Positions 25,685 to 38,644 of a DNA stretch of 64,000 nucleotides are shown here, in pieces; positions within the stretch are counted from its first letter, which is position 1; each line of letters starts with the position of its first letter. Source of the DNA: Tubiluchus corallicola. Lineage: Eukaryota; Animalia; Priapulida. A program made the translations under genes and the position numbers. The notes under the pieces are model-generated. The model was given only the letters and a program-made list of their open reading frames with translations. It made no database searches and had not been told where the DNA came from. The stretch lies in NCBI GenBank assembly GCA_030141605.1, contig JAQGDQ010000002.1, forward strand, positions 310,001 to 374,000. The letters are read 5' to 3'.

Positions 25685-26077
25685 AATAAGCCTTTTCACA
25701 GTTCCAGCGATTGATAATGAACGTGAACCAGACAATGCATACTTGTGTACACTTGACATTGCCTTGCAGCCCATGTAATAGTAACAGTTTTAACAGCTAG
25801 TTAGAACCGTGCCTAGTTATTTTTTCTTGTTTCCAAGTTAGATCCTGCTAGTAAATCATTCTGCAACGCACAGACTAATGCATAATTAAGTAAAGTCCAC
25901 GTGAAACAACAAGGAAAGGCATTGCAACTGAAGTTGTTGAACTGTACCTACGGCTTTGCTTTACCCACACATCATGTGACGGTTGTCGTTAAGACGCATT
26001 GCTCGGGTACACTTAGCCTTTGACCTATAGCAACTGTGTGTTCACATGATGAAACTGTGGAATTGAAAAGGCTTATT
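25685..26077. mobile_element. MITE-like element with ~20-bp terminal inverted repeats
   Basis: Left end AATAAGCCTTTTCACAGTTCCA; right end TGGAATTGAAAAGGCTTATT, whose reverse complement is AATAAGCCTTTTCAATTCCA. Confidence 0.6.
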
Positions 26078-26655
26078 TATAAGACAGCACTTTTCATTGG
26101 TAATACTGGTCAGAGTCTTTTACTGATCTAAGTCTAACTCATATAACTGAGAAGCTGCTATATAAAAGCCATTTTCTTCAGGATTACAATCACTGTGTTT
26201 TCCTAATTCGTATATTAATGATTTTCACTTTGAAAACGAACCATCTGACCAATCAACATTTACAAAATCAAAAAAATTAATGTACATCTATAGATTATAA
26301 ATATAACAAAGCGCACTGCATTAGAACTACAAGGCGAAAAGTTACTGGAGAAAATCCTGTATTTTCACTCAAGTGTATTCATTGTTATCAATGGCATTCT
26401 AATACTTATTACTAAAGCAAGTAGTAGGCAGTATTAATTTTAGTATTACTGTATTAGCTTATTTACATGGTGATCATCAGGCAATGTATCTCAAGCATAA
26501 ACAGAAGAAAATGTGCACATCAAATTAAAAAGCAAATAACCATAAATTAAATAAATAAGCTTATATACAAAAATCGTAATGGCAGTAAGACGTTTGTGCC
26601 GCTATCTCCTGAACAGTGCATTTATCTCATTTGACGGGCTATAAAATCTACTGTA

Positions 26656-29600
26656 CTATAAAATCGAGTCCATTAGTTGAAAAGTTGCCCCGAGGCTCCA
26701 GCTAGTTTCTGCTCCATTTATTTTCTTCTTGAGCTATAACATACACAACACATATATTTGCAGGGTCAAGAACCTAGGGGTGGATTCTCAAAGCTTCTTA
26801 TGAACTGTTTTATTTATAAGAACATTCTCAGGCTTATGATAGAATTCACAAAGGTTTCCTAACCTGACAAGCTTATTAAAAGCAATCGTAACTTGCGAAA
26901 TCTCTTATAAACATGTCAGTAAATCCAGTTGTTTGATGTTGCTAATCTATGAATGATTAGTGACTGGGTCCCAAAAGAAAAATTAATAAATAAATCGTGC
27001 ATCCGTAAAACGTTGTACACTGCAGTGCACAGTATGTTTAGAACTGAAATAGTAGCTACATGTATACTATAATTCATAGTTAACCCGTAGTAATAATTTA
27101 AGAGTTTCCACAATAAGAAAGATCAAGCTTTCCCAGACATTGTTTTCCATGTCACACCAATAAGTCTGAAGGTGTCTATTCTGCATCCATCAGACATCCT
27201 TCATTCTGTCACCAATTTTTATTTGGAACCAACAAAATACTTACCAACAGCTTTGCAGATTTATCAAAACCAAAACCATGGTGTAGCAAGGCACTGATGT
27301 AGGAGAGATCCATACAGAGGAAAGTATGCTGAGAATCAATAAATGAGCATTCTGAACAAAAAATACATACATTTAAAATACACAAGTACATATTGGGCAT
27401 ATTTATAGCTTGAATGAGAGAGAGAGAGAGAGAGAAAGATTGGCTAACTGACCGAAATATTTTATGCCCATACACACAATAAAAATGATAAAGCATAAAA
27501 ATTGTTTGTTGCCAGTTTACTCTATGGGCAGGTAGTATTTTATTTTTTGGCATGTGACTACGTTTGATTAGAATTAACCAATTTTTGATTAGATTATCAA
27601 ATCTTATTTTGACGAGTTCTTCCTTTTTTGCATTTATTCAAAGATATCATTTTTGTTAAAGAAATATAGCAATTCTTTTTTTAACTAATTAATATAAGGT
27701 AAATATAGTTCTGCATCCTTAACTTTTCTTTTTCAATTAAAATGGTATAAACCATCATATGAACATGCAACTGTAAGCACTAGTCAGGCCTGGAAAATCT
27801 TACCAGACTGACGGACATAGTCCGTGGGACACTTCTTGTACAGGACCCAATTTTTTCTTAAAGTATTTTTTCTCAAAATTTTAATTGCCATTTTTCTCTC
27901 TTTATTAGTAAAAACGACATAACTGATCCACATTCTAATACTCATAAAGTCAAAACGTAATTATTACTTGAGGTAATATTTTATTTGCATGCCTGACATG
28001 CTATGCTGCAATTTGTCCCTACTCAAAAACTTGGCAGTGGCAGAATGTGCGGGTATCATGTATGTGCATAATAACTATGCAGTAAGTGTAGCTGAACTAT
28101 TATAGTAGTGATCTCGTTCTACAAATTGGCAGCTTGCTGTTATATTGATTTTTGCAGTAATCCAGTTAGATTTCCAAGCCTCATTGAGTGAGATAATTTG
28201 CAGAATTGTTGTTTGAAGTTGTGTCCTAACAAAGCGATAGAACCTGTAAGCCTAACAAAATAAAGGTCTCCTTTCTTAGTACAGTTCTAAGAACTTTTGT
28301 GGAACAGTATTTAAGATGAGGCAAAATTATCTTGCTAAGCAATACAGTTTTAAATCACTTAACTCTAAACTACAAATTATTGTAATGAGCGAGTGTGTAA
28401 CATAACTGAAATAATGTTTGAAGATAGCAACTGCATTAGCAATGGGAATATATTTAAGTGGTGAAAATTCCAATAAAATTGACATTTTAGAAGTCCAACT
28501 TTTTAGATCTTCATGGAGCTTTGTGGCTCTTGGCTGTAACCCCCCCCCCCAACAACTATCTCGATACTAGATACTTCTATAAAAATCTCTGGGCTTGGTC
28601 CATCACCAGGATGCCAACTATACCTCGTTTTGCTGCATGAAAGAAGTCCCACACAGTTACAATGCCACCTTGCTTTTTGCTGATGATGCCAGCGTCAACC
28701 GCTCTATCAAAATAGTATGAGAAGGCATGAAAGACTTCATGCTTAACTTCCAAAGGCTTATGAATATGATGTTCTTCTATTAAGCTTCTAGCTGTTTTGT
28801 AGCACTCCCAGAACCCATGAGGAACAGTGGGATCATTTCTAAAATGAAAGCAATGCAACACCATACAATAATAAGTTTATTTTACAGTCACATACTAATG
28901 CAATTTATACTTTACTTCTTTAAAAAGAATGCATTTTCTTCTTTCAGTGTCATTTAAGATAATTTAATACACACTGCAGTTTATATAAAAAGATGAACTC
29001 GTATTTTTTTAAATTAAACAATTTAATTGGGCATTCCATTAGACATACGTTATGTTGTAGTCGGCACCACCATGTGTCCACAAATTGACATGCTCAGGTG
29101 GAATACAAGGACTCCGAAGTGTAATGGGTTTCTGCACCCAAGCTCTTCTAGTTTCTTCTGGCTCCTCTTCCTCACCCATCATTTCAAGTCGAGCAGCCAT
29201 CAGACCCAATCCTAAATAACTAGACAAAGACAAAGCTTATACTCATGTTCATTCACTAAAAAGGTTTGCTAAGAAAAAGTTTACTTTTATTAATAAAATA
29301 ATAATTATTTTATTAATAAAAGTATATGTAAATGTAATTTAATGCATTTGTTAGTAAAATGCAGTTGCCAATACATTACAATATGTGTAATATCTTAAAC
29401 TCAGTTTCTGAATGGCAAGAATGACCATTACCTATCAATAACTATCACTCATACAAATTTTTTATAATGAAAACAAGTAAAAATAAGTTTGTCGGTTACA
29501 CTGTCTTGCTTGTGTATCGATGCATTATACATTAATTTTATGCTCAGTATTAACTTTTGGAAATAATGGTTTGTTATCATGTTTATCATTTTTTAATGAA

Positions 29601-32600
29601 ATAGCTATTTTGAATGTGTTACTTTTAAATAGGCAAAATTTGCATTCTCGCAACACATAATTTAATGTGCCAAATGGAACTTTGAAAATATGTATCTATT
29701 GTGCGTGTCATCTGATGCTTTAAATTTGAACACGTACTAAAAAGTTTAAAGCTTTTAAGCTTTTTTTGTTCACATTTCAAACAAATAGAAGCTTCTCCAT
29801 TTATAACACAACACAGTTCCAATTTTAATTAAATTATTTTACTAGAATGTTATCAAAATTTATTTCTAAGAAACTATTATTTTTCATGCGCTTATGTACA
29901 AACCCATCTTAAATAGAGGACTGATTAATATTAAAAATAATTAATATAGATCTAGCTCTTTACAAAAAACAATCTTCTGAAATATTGACCCAGCAAAAGC
30001 GTTCTTGTCATGTTTGCACGTATATATACAAATTCTACAAAGAGGAAAAATAAAGGGTGGAAGTAAGCCACATGAACACCTATCAATCACCTACCTATTT
30101 AATAACCAGGCCCTGCACTGCTCAACTTTGTAACAGAGCACAGACTGTGAACACTACCTCTGCATTACTATTAAGGACATCTCATTGACAATACTATTGA
30201 ATATCAGCTTGTTACCTATGTGTATACAAATCAAAAGTCTGCCCCAAAACATGATATTTGTGCATGAACCCGTGAGGTGCACTCAGTGCAGAAGCCTGAC
30301 TCTCTGGCACAAATGTTATCTGAGTAGAAGCCCCACCAAGATCTAATGCTCCCTCTGTATCTGCTAGCTGTGTAAGCTTGTCTGAAAATAAAAATAGATT
30401 GTGTACTCACTAAACAGATTCAGAAACGACTAATTGTAATCTTTACCCCAAATTTTTTTTATGGTAAACGCTTTCTACAATTAGTTATTAATCATATTGA
30501 AATTTACTATGAAGGTTCTCAGACAGAACTGTTAGGACTTTTTGCATCAAATTATTTGGACTAATAGAAGTTCTTACATGCCAAAACAGATTTAAAACAT
30601 ACAGAAAAATTGGGTAAATTGTAAAGACATAGACAGGTTAGTCTCAAACGTGTGTTAATCAGAACTTCCTCAAGATTGGCAAAGAACATCACTAAGAGTG
30701 TTAACAATCTTTAAATGCAAACAAGAAGTCTAGGGACAACACCTACTGTGCACAATGCTGTTAAAACAAACTGGCTTTGCACAATTATGTTGATAGAAAG
30801 TATCTTTCCAAAAAATATGATATGCTATAGTTATTTCAAATATTCCAGTGTTTTCTACAAAACCAATTAATTATTATCTGGCAGTTGTCATTCTGTAGTT
30901 GCTCTAGTTACTGTGTTGTTAGTAATGGCAATGAAATACAATTATTCAACTGTAGTGGCACTGAATTACATCCTTACCAACTAAAAAGTTGACCGTGAAC
31001 CACGAAAATATTCCTTCATTAATTCCATCCAGGATAGCAACTTTATTCTTTTCAGTGATAAAAGGTAAATAGTGAAAAATTTTCCATACCTGTAAGATAT
31101 TGTCAACACGTCTGATTTCAGACAATTAACTTTTTCTAAAAACTGAACAAACTATGTACCTTGACTTTCAGAGTATTTGATTCCGTAAAATATGTGTAGT
31201 ATGAAGTCATATCACATGCACTTCTTGTATAAAATTAAGGTACAATGACAATATCATCAGAAATCTTGCATTAAACAAAATTGTGATTAAATTAAACCAG
31301 AAATCAGGTGATTGCTTACGTTTGCACAAAATAAATAATATTATGTGGATTAAGTAAATATCAACTGCTCAAATCATACAAAATAATAATGTCATGCAGT
31401 TAAAGATGTACACTGCCTTGAAAGAACTTCACTTTAGCAGTAAGAACAGTTTTTGCACATACGTTATACCTCATAATTAAAAATTATACAGTTGAAATAA
31501 TAACCAAAGGCCAAAACAAATTACACTTTTATTAATGCCAGCAGTAGCACTTCATTAAAAAACATTTAAAAATAAAAAAACAATTATAGATGCCGATTTT
31601 GCAAAAGCATGTAGCTTATGTAAAATTTGTTTGTAATGTGTGCCACATGTTATGTACAGATTTTGTAGTATTTATTTACAAAACTATATAAAGAAAAAAA
31701 AACAGCTCCCTGAATCTTGAAAAAAGCTCACTATATATTGTTTTTTAAAGTGGCCCTCTTTGTTTTGGAAATTACTTTAAGTAACCGTTTTGCTATCACC
31801 ATTAATTAGAATGTGAATGGACAATAAACTTTGGGTTGTAAAAATGCATTGACAACTGCAAAAGTTCTTACCTCTTTTATTAAACTATTAGCTTTCTTTT
31901 CTGAAAGAAGCCTCAGACCAGCAGTTGCATAGAGGGCCATAGGTGTCATCTGCCATTGTTCCTGAGGCACACTTTGTTTAACTACTTGTAAAAGTGGTGC
32001 AAGGTATTCATTTACCTAAAACAAAAGTAACAGTTGTTAAATAAAATTATGTGCAAAACAATAATTAGTTGAACGTCAATGGTAAAAGAAATAAAGTGAG
32101 ATGATCTTTTGATAGGTATTAGCTTACCATACAAACTTTTGTAAATAAACATAAATCAAATAGGAATTCAATTAACTAACAGATTATTAGTACTGAGCAA
32201 AACTTTAAAAACTGGAATTAAAGTCAGATGCTCATTTCCTAAACCCTAATTGACAGAGTAATTTTGCTGTTCAGATTAATCAAATTAATCATGTAGTTCA
32301 AATGTGTTCAAGTATGAATATTCCATGCCTACTACCTAGTACTACTGTTTTAATTATTTTGTTTTAACCTTTGATAATTTGCACCTTATCTGGGCCAAAA
32401 GTTCATTTTTTCTGCATAGAACGAATATACTAAATACGATCACAAGAGTCTGACAAAAAAAACCTTAAAGCAAACATGTGCAGTTACTGGCGGTCCGTGT
32501 ATAAATGTGATTTGCTATAAAATCAAAACAAAACAACTTACATGTGTAGGATTGTCCACAAAACTTGATAAACCTGGCTGAACTTGTTCAAAAACTTCTG

Positions 32601-33535
32601 ATACAAGCTTTATGTGATTCCCTAAACACAAAAGGCAATATTAGATCTATTCCGACGTCCATACAGTCAAGAACTGCAAGACTAAATCTATGGAGATTAT
32701 CTTTACACTACAGTTACCTTATGGTTACTAAAAGTTATTACAAAAGAGTTAAATAACAAAACAGCCATTTCAGTACTTAAAACAAAATAATAATACAAAG
32801 AGGATTATTTTGCAGAAATATGCGAGAACTGCAATTTTAAATGCATTGTTAACATAAAAAATAATGAAAGATACAGCAAATTGTTACTCACTCCACTTCA
32901 GAATACTATGCCAATATTCACTGAAAGTCTAATTAAAAAGTATATTTATTTTGGAAAATAAGTTATAATAGCAGCAATTGAATAGAGACACAGGTATATT
33001 GTATTGTATTTTTCTTTGTTGGGGCAAAGGCAAACAAACGGTAATTTTCCAGGTCTCTTTTCTCTAGGGCTGTGAATATCACCATATAATTCATGCTCTA
33101 GTTAGCTATCATATGTGTTGCTTGAGCAGTCACACCACATTAATCGGCTAAATGTAAAACAATAAACATACTGAGATATCATTAGGTACTTAGATATACT
33201 TCTAAACATTAGAAATACTAACAACTATCCAACAAGCGATGAAACTTGAAGATGTGCACACGAGTACCCGTACTTCCAGCATCAAACATGACACAATAGA
33301 ATTCTTTATGGTTAAAAGCATTATCAGCTACTTGCATATATGCACCGTTGTTTAATTTGTCCATGTCTCTGAAATCTGGATAATTTATTCCAGTGACTGG
33401 GAAGAGCCATGGCGAGGCCAAACACAGCACAAGGCACAGCAATCCCACAAAGCAGCACATTGATACAAAGCAGATGAAATATGGGGCAGATCTGCGAGAA
33501 CGTGATAATGGTGGAAGAAGATCGCTGTAATGCAT
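26656..33535 (-). CDS. ENTPD5: Ectonucleoside triphosphate diphosphohydrolase 5/6-type (GDA1/CD39 family) NTPDase
   Basis: Exons 33535-33223, 32621-32542, 32015-31872, 31089-30978, 30381-30216, 29219-29049, 28838-28624, 27351-27245, 26733-26656. All five apyrase regions are present: DAGSTGTR, ATAGLRLL, DGINEGIFSW, DLGGASTQ, SWSLGA. One N-terminal hydrophobic segment and no C-terminal TM, which fits the ENTPD5/6 clade. Confidence 0.92.
27785..28182. mobile_element. Degenerate hAT-like MITE in ENTPD intron
   Basis: CAGGCCTGGAAAATCT ... AGATTTCCAAGCCTC inverted ends; no clear target-site duplication. Confidence 0.4.
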
Positions 33536-33953
33536 TAATAAGCAATGTACATGTTAACCAGTTGTAATGATTTGTAGAAAATATCCACACAGCCATCTAA
33601 CATTATCTCATCGGAACTCTCACTGAAATAATAATAAAAAATTGTGAACTGAAGAGATATCACCAATACAGCTTGTCACCTGTTATATGACTTATAGTCT
33701 ATATATATTGGGTGGCGACGAAAAAATGTGCCAAAGTTTAGACTATAATAATATTAGAAGCAAATGCTCTATAAAGTTGAAATTTTACAGTTGTGTGGTA
33801 CTACACTGCATTAGATTTTGATGTTGAAAGTTAATGAAAGTCAAAAATTTATAGTTTTAGTTCTTTTTAAATTATAGCCGAAAAGTTTTCGCATGTTAAA
33901 AAATTAGATACAATGTCAGCTAATCACCAACTGAAAAACAGCCACACTGACAT

Positions 33954-34258
33954 CAGGGGCATTGCAAGATTCTAAAGTTGGGGGGGGGGGGGGGAAGCAC
34001 ATAAAAAAGGCACCGTAAACCATGAAGCAATTGTATGTTTGCCTAGGCCACAACATACAGTATCAGTGTGTGACAGGAATATATTATAATAATTGGAATT
34101 GGGACAATTTGATCCTTGGTTCAATCAGTCAACCTTGACAAATAAGTTGCATAAATGCATGTTCATTTCAAAAACATGGGAGGCAGGTTGGTCAAACAAA
34201 GCAATAAAGCTGGTTGTTGAAAAGGCACCACTTGCTCCCCGTATTATCTATGCCACTG
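33954..34258. mobile_element. hAT-like MITE
   Basis: Ends CAGGGGCAT...ATGCCACTG; flanks ACTGACAT / ACTGACTG look like a degraded 8-bp target-site duplication; internal poly-G and repeated AAAAGGCACC. Confidence 0.55.
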
Positions 34259-35459
34259 ACTGACTGATGTAGAAAGCATTCAATACATGGCAGCAAAATT
34301 CGCTAGCAAAACAATAAAGATAAAACCAGTTTATATCATGGTCTTCACTACAGAAAATAAAGCACTGATAAAGATTTGTTGTCAAAAAAATGACTTAATC
34401 CTTTGTACTGAATTTCCTTTACATTAAAGAGAGTGTACAATGGCAGTAGAAAGCTATTTGAAGAAAACCAACTAAAAGCAAAAAAATATTAAGTGCTAGG
34501 ACCAAATACCCCTCAATGAGTGAGAAATTGTATCAGCTGGCGCAAAAAATGCCTTAATTTAGTTTGCAGATCTGTATATCTATGTGTAAAGTACTCACTG
34601 CAAATTTTTACAATACAGTTGTGACAAATAAACAATGAAATTTTTCTATATATATTTTTTGACTTGTTGATTTAAAACTTCAATATCTTTGGAAAAATCC
34701 AAATGAATGGCCTAAAATTTTCACATAAGCGCTATGGGAACAATCCCTCCATTTGAAAAACTTGAAGAAAATATGAACCTCCTTCATTATTAATATCTTC
34801 ACTTTTCTGACCTTTTATCCTTGATTTTAGCAAAAGTCTCATTTTTCTGGAGATCACTTCATGGCAAATCGTTAAAAACATGTCTACTTTACCACTTTTA
34901 AATTCTACTGCTCGTGTTTACTTTGTAATAATACTTGTAGTATAGTATTTATGGTCAGATAATTGTATAGTTTATATACATAAACTATCATTCACGACTG
35001 CTATCTCGCAAATATTTGCACTCTGTACATGTGAACTGTTACACAGCATTTTTATCATACATTAGAAATTCAAATTTTTAACTACAGAACGAAAATAAAA
35101 TTAACAGAAAATTAATTTGGGCTAAGGTTAAGGTAAGGGCTAGGGGGTAGGGTTAGAATTGGAGTCATTCCTTTTTTTCTGTACCTCTTTTCCCCGTGAC
35201 TTTTTTACCTATGACTTTATCACAAATCAGGATTCGTCGAGGCAAATCACTTTCACGATGTAATCGACCAGTCAGCCTATCTAAAATGCAGAAAACGGAT
35301 CAGTTTACATGGCTGTGCCCCTGGTCCTCGCCTGAAACCTTACAAGCTAACCACAATCGTAACTACCTTATGGTTAATGAACTAAGATTGCTAATATAAT
35401 TTCCAAACGGACTTATAGATAACTAACTATACTCAGTATATTGACTCATAATCCTTATA

Positions 35460-35715
35460 AACATAACCACGTGGACACTAAGTCATGTGACTATAAACAA
35501 TGTCATGTGACCATATACATATCAAAGTTTTTTTACTAAGTTTCTTTTATAAAAAATAGAAAATGCTAGCTTGATTTGTAGGAATTTAATTTTGCACTAA
35601 CTTATTATTGCTTATGTAATTTGCTTGATTTAAAACATTTTTCATTATTTTAATACAGGCATGTGAAAAGTTTGTTTTACAAGAGCGTCATAGCAACGAA
35701 GAAAAACGGCAACAT
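35460..35715. promoter_or_regulatory. Candidate bidirectional promoter ENTPD/BBOF1
   Basis: Lies between the divergent genes. CCACGTGG 35467-35474, GTCATGTGAC twice (35482, 35502), RFX X-box-like GCGTCATAGCAAC 35685-35697 and GGCAAC half-site 35708. Confidence 0.55.
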
Positions 35716-36270
35716 AAGGATTGTGTTGTAAATTAAGAGCTAATGCATGATGCCAATAAAAAAAGTGAACAACAAGAAAAAGTACAATTATAACTTGTAA
35801 TTCATTATGTTCCTAGAAACTTAATACTGCTGTAATTTTAAAGGCTTTAATTTACGGTTTATGCGTCACAACGTATGGTTTACGGTTTAGTTAGTTATAC
35901 AAATTGGGCTTTTAACTCTTTTTCTGTAAAACTCACGTGATAAATGTCGACTCACTGTTTTAATAAAGAAACTAAGTCAATTTTTACTAAACTACTGCGT
36001 TCACTGTAACTTTGTGTTAGTGACATTGTATAAGTCTCAAAGAATAATATATTTGCAAACAAGTTTATAATTTCACAAGTGAGCATTGTTTAATAATCTG
36101 AGAATTAACGTTGTCAGTATTCATGAACTTTAAATAACAGCTGTTAAAGCCAGTTGTAGACTATTGACTATGTTGCGTTTGTTTTATTATACTTACTGCT
36201 GAAATAGATGAGTAAAGCTAGCTAGGAGGCTAACTTGTCATCAAGTCATTAGTGGGTATAAACTGCAGTC

Positions 36271-38599
36271 ATGTCTTCTGATGACGATTACGATGCTGAC
36301 GATTTTGATGTTGAGGACGAAGATGGTGATGAAGAGGGTGACGAAGAAGGGGAAGAAGAAGAAACTGCAGAAGTTACTGGTGATGAAGATGAGAATGAAG
36401 ACGATGCACGTACTGAAGTTGGCACAGAGGTCGGAGAAGAGATCTCTTCAGAGGGTACTTTCTCTATGATTACGACTGGACCCATAGAATCTAGTGGCCC
36501 TGACACTATGGTCGTTAGGCCAGGATCAGATCGTAAAAGTAAAGCAGTAAAGAAAAAAGTGAAAGTGTAAGACAATGGACACTGTAAGAACATAGATGTT
36601 GACCACTGTTTGTGTGTGCATTGATTGTCGTGTTTTCACTATGATTTGATGCACTAACTCTTTGATTACTCAGTGTAAGCAGGTTAGCAAAGCTTGTTTG
36701 TTGGTGTTTGTGTACTAAAGTCGCTAGCTTTTAACTCTATTATCCTAATGCTGTTTGTAATGCTTTCTCATTATGAGAAGTTTTTATTTCTCTGGTCTTT
36801 TTATATTGATTGTGTATGATCGCACAGCCATACTTGTGTTGATTTGTTATATCATGAACAATAAATTTGCCTCTGATGTTTGAGATTGTTTTGTAGGTTG
36901 TGCCGTAGTTTATTAGTTTTGTGTTGAATCTGGCTTTATTAAACTTCCATGACTACCTACATATTAAACTTGCTAACAAAATAACATTTGGCAATGAGAG
37001 CAAGATGCCATTTTTACGTTTATTGGTTTATTAACCATTTTTATGTGATTTTGTTGTGGTTCACCAGTTGAAAATATTCATTGGCAAATATGCAGTTTAA
37101 ATCTGTTAGCTTAATAACTAGTACATACGTTTTTTAGTTACCATATAAACTAGAACAACTTGTCAAGTCTAACAGTAGTAGATGAAATCAACCTTGAATA
37201 TATAAATTATATGGAATAATTTATCGTCGTCTGAAAGCTGGATTTAGATTTTGATGGCTTCATTGTATTAGAATTTAATTCAAATGTATTGTTTCTGTTT
37301 CAGGAAGAAGACCAAAAAGAGTAAGAAACCTAAACAAGCACAAATTGAAGAAGCATCTATAAAAGTATGGGAGAGCAAAATTGAGGCACTTCTAAATTCC
37401 CGTAATGAGTACAGGTTTGTCTGATGAAACACACACGTGTGACTGTGGAATTTTATTACTTTTTTTCATGAGTGTATGGTTTTTTTAAGAAGAAGAATGA
37501 ACATCATTTCCATAGTTATGCCAATATACAGCTTTTATACTTACAAAGCCTCTGCACTCAAAGAGAACAAGTTGCTAAAGCCCACTGCTAGGCTGCCTTT
37601 CTTCCCCTAGCGTGCAAGCAGGTATTGATTTACGACTGAATAGAGCTAGGAAGGCGACCAGAAAGTTAGCCCGCAAAATAATATTTGGCCCAAAAACCAC
37701 GATATGAAATTTAAATCCGGAAGCACTGGATAGGTAAGGAAGACATTGGCTGCCGCACATGTTTTTTGTAAGATTGTAATTTGTTACACACATGTTGGTC
37801 TGTAGGAGTTCCGTACTAGTTCTGCAACTCTTTCTGTAATATTGGAATTATGCATGCTGGTAGAAAATATTTTCTCACAAAATGCCAATGTTTTGGTTTT
37901 GCAGGGAAAGTGCAAGGCAACTTTGCATAGAAAATGAAACCCTGCAGACTCAAGTACAGCAGCTTGAGAAGGATACTTTAGAAGTTTTAACTTTTCTCAA
38001 ACAGAAGAATGAAGAAACGCAGGAGGAAAGTAAAGAACTGAAAGAGGATGTAGAAAAAACGAAAGAATATTATCGACAAGAGAAGGAGAAGCAGGTTGGT
38101 CTATGTAGTAATTCTGTTTGTTTTTTCGTTAGTAAATTGTGGCAGCTATATTACAGCATTTGCCTTCCCCATGAAATGCTGCAATATGTTATATAATAAT
38201 AATCCTCAATCATTTCTAAAGTTTTCTAATCATTCATAATAAATTTATGTTAAATATACATATCCCAAATGTCTTTACTTTTTGTAAGTGTCAGATTTTA
38301 TAAGTTACTAAATTACTTACAGAATTACTTACCAAAAATTGGAAAAAACCTTGAAATAATTTCATTTATCAAAAGTAAGCCGTGAAAATTTTATTTATCA
38401 ACTTTATATAATACATTAATTTTGCAGAAATTATGTATTATATAAATATCCTACAAAGGCGTAACCTGTCCTACAGACTTGGTTATCACAAACAGACATC
38501 AATGAATGGTCTGTAAAAATTTACAAATGTCAGTAAGTCGATCACTATTTCGAAATAGTAATATTTTAATTTTAGAAGACTTAATTTCATTTAATCTCT

Positions 38600-38644
<45 letters not shown>

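Noticed and set aside
33706-34870. Possible Tc1-like element around the hAT MITE
   Set aside because: A plausible left end is present but no matching right terminal repeat was found.
36288-36593. Ser-rich antisense ORF; similar off-frame ORFs at 21503-23461
   Set aside because: Shadow frames of low-complexity coding exons.
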